Positions 23,923-27,911 of a stretch of DNA of 27,911 nt are shown here, one piece after another (position 1 is the first letter of the stretch; each line of letters starts with the position of its first letter). Source of the DNA: a virus. Taxonomy: Duplodnaviria; Caudoviricetes. Location: positions 1 to 27,911 of the IMG/VR virus record IMGVR_UViG_3300037354_000025. One strand, written 5' to 3'. The position numbers and the translations under genes are program-made. The notes under the pieces were generated by a model. It worked only from the letters and a program-made list of their open reading frames with translations, searched no databases and was not told the origin of the DNA.

Positions 23923-25455
23923 ATGGCCTTCGCAGGAATCCGCTTTGAACCCAACGCGAGTCCGAATCTCGCGGACTGGCCGGCTGGATCCGTGCCGGTG
24001 TCCCTATACGTCAGGGTTGAAATGTTCGCCATCGGGCACACGTACACCCTTGTTCCTCGCCTCTTGCGCGGCCAGGCCGGCAGTGGCTACGGAACGACGT
24101 ACGACACCGGCACGCCAGAAACTCCACCCGCTGGACTTGCACAGGCCGTAACAACGGCCAGTTGGACTCTGTACCAGTTCAACGTACCTGTGCAGGCCAG
24201 ATCGGGACCGACGTCTGACAGGCTGGCGCTATATGTTAACTTCGTTCGAGACGACGGAGGCGAGACCGGGGAGTACCTTCACATCGGCTCCGACGGCGGC
24301 GCCAACCAAACCAAAGTCGAAACGCTGTTCAACGATCCGCCTGCCGTGCCTACTGCCCTTGAGCGCAACCCCGACGGCGCTCGCCCCGGCGAGGTCATCA
24401 CCACGAGCATCGCCTACGTTCCCGGCTCTGGCGTCACGCAGCCGATTGCGACCTTTGACAGCCACGTGGGCGACCCTGGCATGGTCGTGTGGTCGGCGCG
24501 GACGTGGCGACTGCGCATCTGGGCGCGTGTCACTAGCGGGACGGCGACCATCACGGCGGACCTCGGGCGCCGAAATACGGCTGGCATCGTAAGTTCTTTA
24601 GCCAGCAACGTGGCAGTGGCCTCCGTTGTGTCCTCGGCCTGGACGCTGTTTCGTAAAGACGTCGCAGTTGCCGAATCGTCCGGCGGATTCTTCGGTGCCT
24701 TCGATGTCATCCGCGCTTTCCTAAACGCGACATCCTCAGACGGCGCCGTCCTGCTCGTCGCGGTTGGCCTCGACCATCCAAGCAGCATCAACGCCCCGCT
24801 GCTGTCCCCGGCTGGCGGGACCGTCATTGCCCCGGCCGACGATGGCAAGGTTATGACCGAGAGCGATTCTCCACGGTGGTACCTGCGGGACGCCGTGCAG
24901 TCGTCAGACGGTTCTATCGTTGCGACGGTGGACCCGACGTCGCTTCGGCTCGACCTCGTGTTCGGCGGGAGCGGCTACGTCCGACCAAACTGCTCGACCA
25001 CACAGGCAGGCGGATGGTTGTGGCTCTTAGTTGCGGAGCACGGGCACACGGACCACATCAACTGGACGGCTACGGGCGACTTCAACGGCATCAGTAAGCT
25101 ATGGCAAGACGGGACGCCCGTGGCAGATCGCAAGGAAGCCTGGATCTACATCAACAACGCGACGCCAGCGAACACCGTCATCGTGCGCGACGGAGCCACG
25201 CCGCCCGCCGGTTCACCATACCTACCCCTGGCCCTACCCGCAGTGGCCGGTGCCCCCAATGACATGGAATTCGACGGCCCGACGGAATTGTGCTTCTGGC
25301 TCAACCTGGCCGAGAATCGATGGTGTCTCAGGAGCTACCAGTCCTACACGGTGCCATCAATCGGCGGCGGTGGAGCTGGCGGCAGTTTCGCGGGTGCAAT
25401 CGACGGCGGCGCTACGGGCGATACGACTACAACAATTGACGGAGGACATTCGTAG
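23923..25455 (+). CDS. Tail fibre / receptor-binding-related protein (510 aa) with two related beta-sandwich domains
   Basis: Repeats PNLADWPAGSVPVSLYVRV...TTASWTLY and PGMVVWSARTWRLRIWARV...SSAWTLF. C-terminal IDGG motifs. Confidence 0.7.
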   Translation: MAFAGIRFEPNASPNLADWPAGSVPVSLYVRVEMFAIGHTYTLVPRLLRGQAGSGYGTTYDTGTPETPPAGLAQAVTTASWTLYQFNVPVQARSGPTSDRLALYVNFVRDDGGETGEYLHIGSDGGANQTKVETLFNDPPAVPTALERNPDGARPGEVITTSIAYVPGSGVTQPIATFDSHVGDPGMVVWSARTWRLRIWARVTSGTATITADLGRRNTAGIVSSLASNVAVASVVSSAWTLFRKDVAVAESSGGFFGAFDVIRAFLNATSSDGAVLLVAVGLDHPSSINAPLLSPAGGTVIAPADDGKVMTESDSPRWYLRDAVQSSDGSIVATVDPTSLRLDLVFGGSGYVRPNCSTTQAGGWLWLLVAEHGHTDHINWTATGDFNGISKLWQDGTPVADRKEAWIYINNATPANTVIVRDGATPPAGSPYLPLALPAVAGAPNDMEFDGPTELCFWLNLAENRWCLRSYQSYTVPSIGGGGAGGSFAGAIDGGATGDTTTTIDGGHS

Positions 25456-26028
25456 ATGGCAACGAAAATACAACTGCGCCGAGACACGGCCGCGAATTGG
25501 ACTACGGCGAACACCGTGCTGGCGGCGGGCGAGATGGGGATTGAGGTTGATGGTTCCGGGAACGTCACCGGGGCCAAGACGGGAAACGGGACAGTTGCGT
25601 GGGCGTCTCTTCCATACAGCCTAGGCGTTCTGGATGGCACGGGGAAGGTTCCCGCGGGACAATTGCCAGCCGCCACCGCCGACGCGCCGGGGGCGATGAC
25701 CGCTGCGCAGAACAACTCGCTTAACGGGCTATCTGCCAACGTGGTCAACGCCATGATGGCTCCCTACTACGCGAGCGGCGATGGCGTATCGAGCGACATC
25801 ACAGGGACGGCAACGTACTACGGCGGTGGCGGTGGCGGTGGATTCACGCTAGGCGGTGCCGGAGACAATGGCGGAGGCGGTAGAGGAGACAACTACAACG
25901 CGGCCAACGGCGCCGCAGGAACCCCATTAACTGGAGGCGGCGGCGGTGGCGTCGCTGGAAATGCCGGGTCGCAAAAAGGGTACAACGGCGGGTCAGGTGT
26001 CGTGTACGTGCGATACAGCCCACAGTAG
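25456..26028 (+). CDS. Mtd_N/hyaluronidase-N-like domain + glycine-rich domain fibre protein (190 aa)
   Basis: GGAGG SD. MATKIQLRRDTAANWTTANTVLAAGEMGIE...KTGNG..AWASLPY, then TYYGGGGGGG...GGSGVVYVRY. Confidence 0.85.
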   Translation: MATKIQLRRDTAANWTTANTVLAAGEMGIEVDGSGNVTGAKTGNGTVAWASLPYSLGVLDGTGKVPAGQLPAATADAPGAMTAAQNNSLNGLSANVVNAMMAPYYASGDGVSSDITGTATYYGGGGGGGFTLGGAGDNGGGGRGDNYNAANGAAGTPLTGGGGGGVAGNAGSQKGYNGGSGVVYVRYSPQ

Positions 26029-26066
26029 AGGCCCCAACCCACGACCGCCATCCGCGAGGAGTAGCA

Positions 26067-26123
26067 ATGGAAAGCCACCCCAAAGACGACCCACGAGCCA
26101 CGACGGACGAACGCAAGGAGTAG
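26067..26123 (+). CDS. Candidate 18-aa mini-ORF (MESHPKDDPRATTDERKE)
   Basis: GAGGAG-N5-ATG. Its last codons and stop (AAGGAGTAG) form the SD of the next gene. Confidence 0.35.
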   Translation: MESHPKDDPRATTDERKE

Positions 26124-26130
26124 CTACACG

Positions 26131-27911
26131 ATGCGAACCATAGCCACCCACATCCTGATCGCCTTCGCGCTTGCTGGCGTCATCGTCGGCCCGCTCGCAA
26201 TGGCTGCCGACTGCCCGCGCGCCAATATCCCCGCCGTGACCTGCGCGAACGACCACAAGCTCCTTCAGTCGCAGCAGCGGGACACCACCGTCGTGTTCCC
26301 GAATGCGACGAAGGTGCTCAAGGCGGATGGGACGGTGACGGTGTCAACCACCGACATCGGCAGCACCGGGACCGGCGCAGGCATCATTCCGGTGACGGGG
26401 ACGGACGGGAAGGTCAACGTGTCGGTCGTGCCCGACTTGAGCGGGACCTATGCGCCGATTGGAAGCATCACGGGGCTGACAGGCTACTTTCCGATCTGGG
26501 CCTCAAGTACAGTTCTTACTCCAAGTGCCCTGCGTGACAACGGCGGATTGTCTTATTCGAGAGTCGGGGCTAGCTACATGGCCTTGCATTCGTACTGGTC
26601 AGCTGCTTCCCCGTCGGGGCTAATTCTTAGGCATTCGGATGCGACCACACTGGACACGAAGTCCACGACGGCCAATGGCTCCATGCTGGGCCAGATACTC
26701 GTGTACGGTGTATCGTCTGCAACTACGCCTGACTGGGGCAACGCAAGCGCGCTAAGATGGACTCAATCCGGGAGTGCGGGGACTTCCTACGTACCTGCGA
26801 AATTTGAACTTCTGCTGTCCGATGGTGCGGCGGTTGCAGCGCCCGTTCTGACAGCCTACCCTGACAAGAGCGTTGCAATCGCTGGCGCCGTCTCAGCCTC
26901 GAACATCACAGCCACCCCCACCGCGAGCGCCATCGTGCAGGCCAAGACCGATCACAAGGTAGACGTGGGCTGGCTGCCCGTCGGGACTACGGCGGGGACT
27001 GTTGCGGCGGGTGATGATTCGCGTATCACAGGGGCGGTGGCGGGAAGCGGGACAATAAGCGGAACCGCCAACTACCTGCCGAAGAAGACGGCGGGAGGGT
27101 GGGGGGATTCGATGATTCAGGACGAAGGAGGCAGCGCGGTATTGCTGAAAAATCCGACAATGAATGCCGCGTTCAGAATGTTGCCTTTCTACGATGACGT
27201 TTATTTTCAGAACACAGTCTCGACCGGGAACATCTACTTTTCTGGCGGGTATGGTGCGCAACTTACGGGTAGTGTGATCTTCAATACCTCAGGTAACGTG
27301 TACTTTGGATCCAGCAATTCTTGGATCACTGCTGCCGGTGCGCTGACGGGAAGACAGCTTGCACTCAACGGCGCCACCTCCGGCACCGTCACCATCTCCC
27401 CTCCCGCCACCGTCACGTCCTACACCATGACCCCGCCCGCAGCAGCCGCAACGGCAGCCGGCCAGGTGTGGGCGAGCACGGGGGCCAATGCGACGATGCA
27501 GTGGGTGACGCCAGCTACCGGCAGCAGCCCCCGTACAGTTTATTACATCACAGGCTCGTCTTTGCTTCGAACTGCTGGCAACGTGACTGGAGGGACTCTC
27601 GGACGTAGTGTGTCCACTACCCCGTCCAATCTGACGTTTAGTACGGCAGCAGACGCACCATTCATAGACCCTTGGCTGGCTGGTGCCTATACAGTGCAGG
27701 TCTACGCCAACACTATTTCGTCGTCCGCTAACATGTACGCTGTCATCAAGGACGGGACGACAGTTATTGCGACAACTCAGACTGTTACAGTGGCCTCGGG
27801 CTCACCGACGGCCTATAACCTGACGGCGACCACTGCAACGGACGCTTATCTAGGCGTCACCAGCGGGCAGGTGAGTGTTGAGATCTGGGCAGTTGTTAGC
27901 GCTGGCACTGC
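26131..27911 (+). CDS. Long tail-fibre-like protein with N-terminal signal peptide (at least 593 aa, 3' truncated; absent from the supplied ORF track)
   Basis: AAGGAG SD. Frame translated by hand is open to the window end. Begins MRTIATHILIAFALAGVIVGPLAMA|AD. Fibre motifs VGTTAGTVAAGDDSRI, SGTANYLPK..GDSMI and GATSGTVTISPPATVTSYTMTPP. Confidence 0.85.
   Translation, partial: MRTIATHILIAFALAGVIVGPLAMAADCPRANIPAVTCANDHKLLQSQQRDTTVVFPNATKVLKADGTVTVSTTDIGSTGTGAGIIPVTGTDGKVNVSVVPDLSGTYAPIGSITGLTGYFPIWASSTVLTPSALRDNGGLSYSRVGASYMALHSYWSAASPSGLILRHSDATTLDTKSTTANGSMLGQILVYGVSSATTPDWGNASALRWTQSGSAGTSYVPAKFELLLSDGAAVAAPVLTAYPDKSVAIAGAVSASNITATPTASAIVQAKTDHKVDVGWLPVGTTAGTVAAGDDSRITGAVAGSGTISGTANYLPKKTAGGWGDSMIQDEGGSAVLLKNPTMNAAFRMLPFYDDVYFQNTVSTGNIYFSGGYGAQLTGSVIFNTSGNVYFGSSNSWITAAGALTGRQLALNGATSGTVTISPPATVTSYTMTPPAAAATAAGQVWASTGANATMQWVTPATGSSPRTVYYITGSSLLRTAGNVTGGTLGRSVSTTPSNLTFSTAADAPFIDPWLAGAYTVQVYANTISSSANMYAVIKDGTTVIATTQTVTVASGSPTAYNLTATTATDAYLGVTSGQVSVEIWAVVSAGT

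Larger units (their letters stand above)
1..27911 (+). mobile_element. Tailed phage/prophage virion morphogenesis module (contractile tail, myovirus-like)
   Basis: Co-directional, translationally coupled genes (many ATGA/GTGA overlaps) in canonical order portal-MuF-scaffold-capsid-neck-sheath-tube-chaperone-tape measure-baseplate-fibres. The head genes argue for a phage rather than a tailocin/eCIS. Integration state cannot be determined from this window. Confidence 0.95.

Noticed and set aside
25456-26028. Diversity-generating retroelement suggested by the Mtd_N-like domain
   Set aside because: No reverse transcriptase, no TR/VR pair differing at adenines, and no C-type lectin C-terminus seen in the window.
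1-27911. CRISPR arrays, tRNA/rRNA genes, IS elements, stop-codon reassignment
   Set aside because: No regular repeat-spacer pattern, cloverleaf or transposase was seen. Genes tile normally under the standard code, using TAA, TAG and TGA as stops.

Overview
This 27.9 kb, high-GC window is the head-tail morphogenesis operon of a contractile-tailed (myovirus-type) phage or prophage, almost entirely on the + strand. Gene order: portal C-terminus, two unknown ORFs, MuF/gp7-like minor head protein, scaffold, major capsid, head-completion/neck genes, tail sheath, tube, assembly chaperone with a -1 frameshift extension, tape measure, LysM protein, baseplate hub, spike, gp25, J and I-like proteins, and a mosaic tail-fibre region that runs off the right edge. 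No integrase, terminase, lysis or replication genes are visible. The main observation is a 305-aa class-1 intein in the MuF gene (1768-2682) whose + strand interior has no recognisable endonuclease. The opposite strand, codon-aligned and confined to the intein, carries a 283-aa ORF (2622->1771) with its own Shine-Dalgarno, two HTH repeats and a Vsr/DUF559-like nuclease domain. It is a candidate intein with an antisense-encoded, separately translated homing endonuclease. Other points of interest: a tandem, covarying structured leader in front of the capsid gene; a switch-like RNA element at 7197-7301; a tail-fibre-like protein with an apparent Sec signal peptide; an inverted Cys-rich lipoprotein moron; and several domain insertions or chimeras in baseplate and fibre genes. 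All family assignments come from motifs and synteny read by eye; no database search was run.
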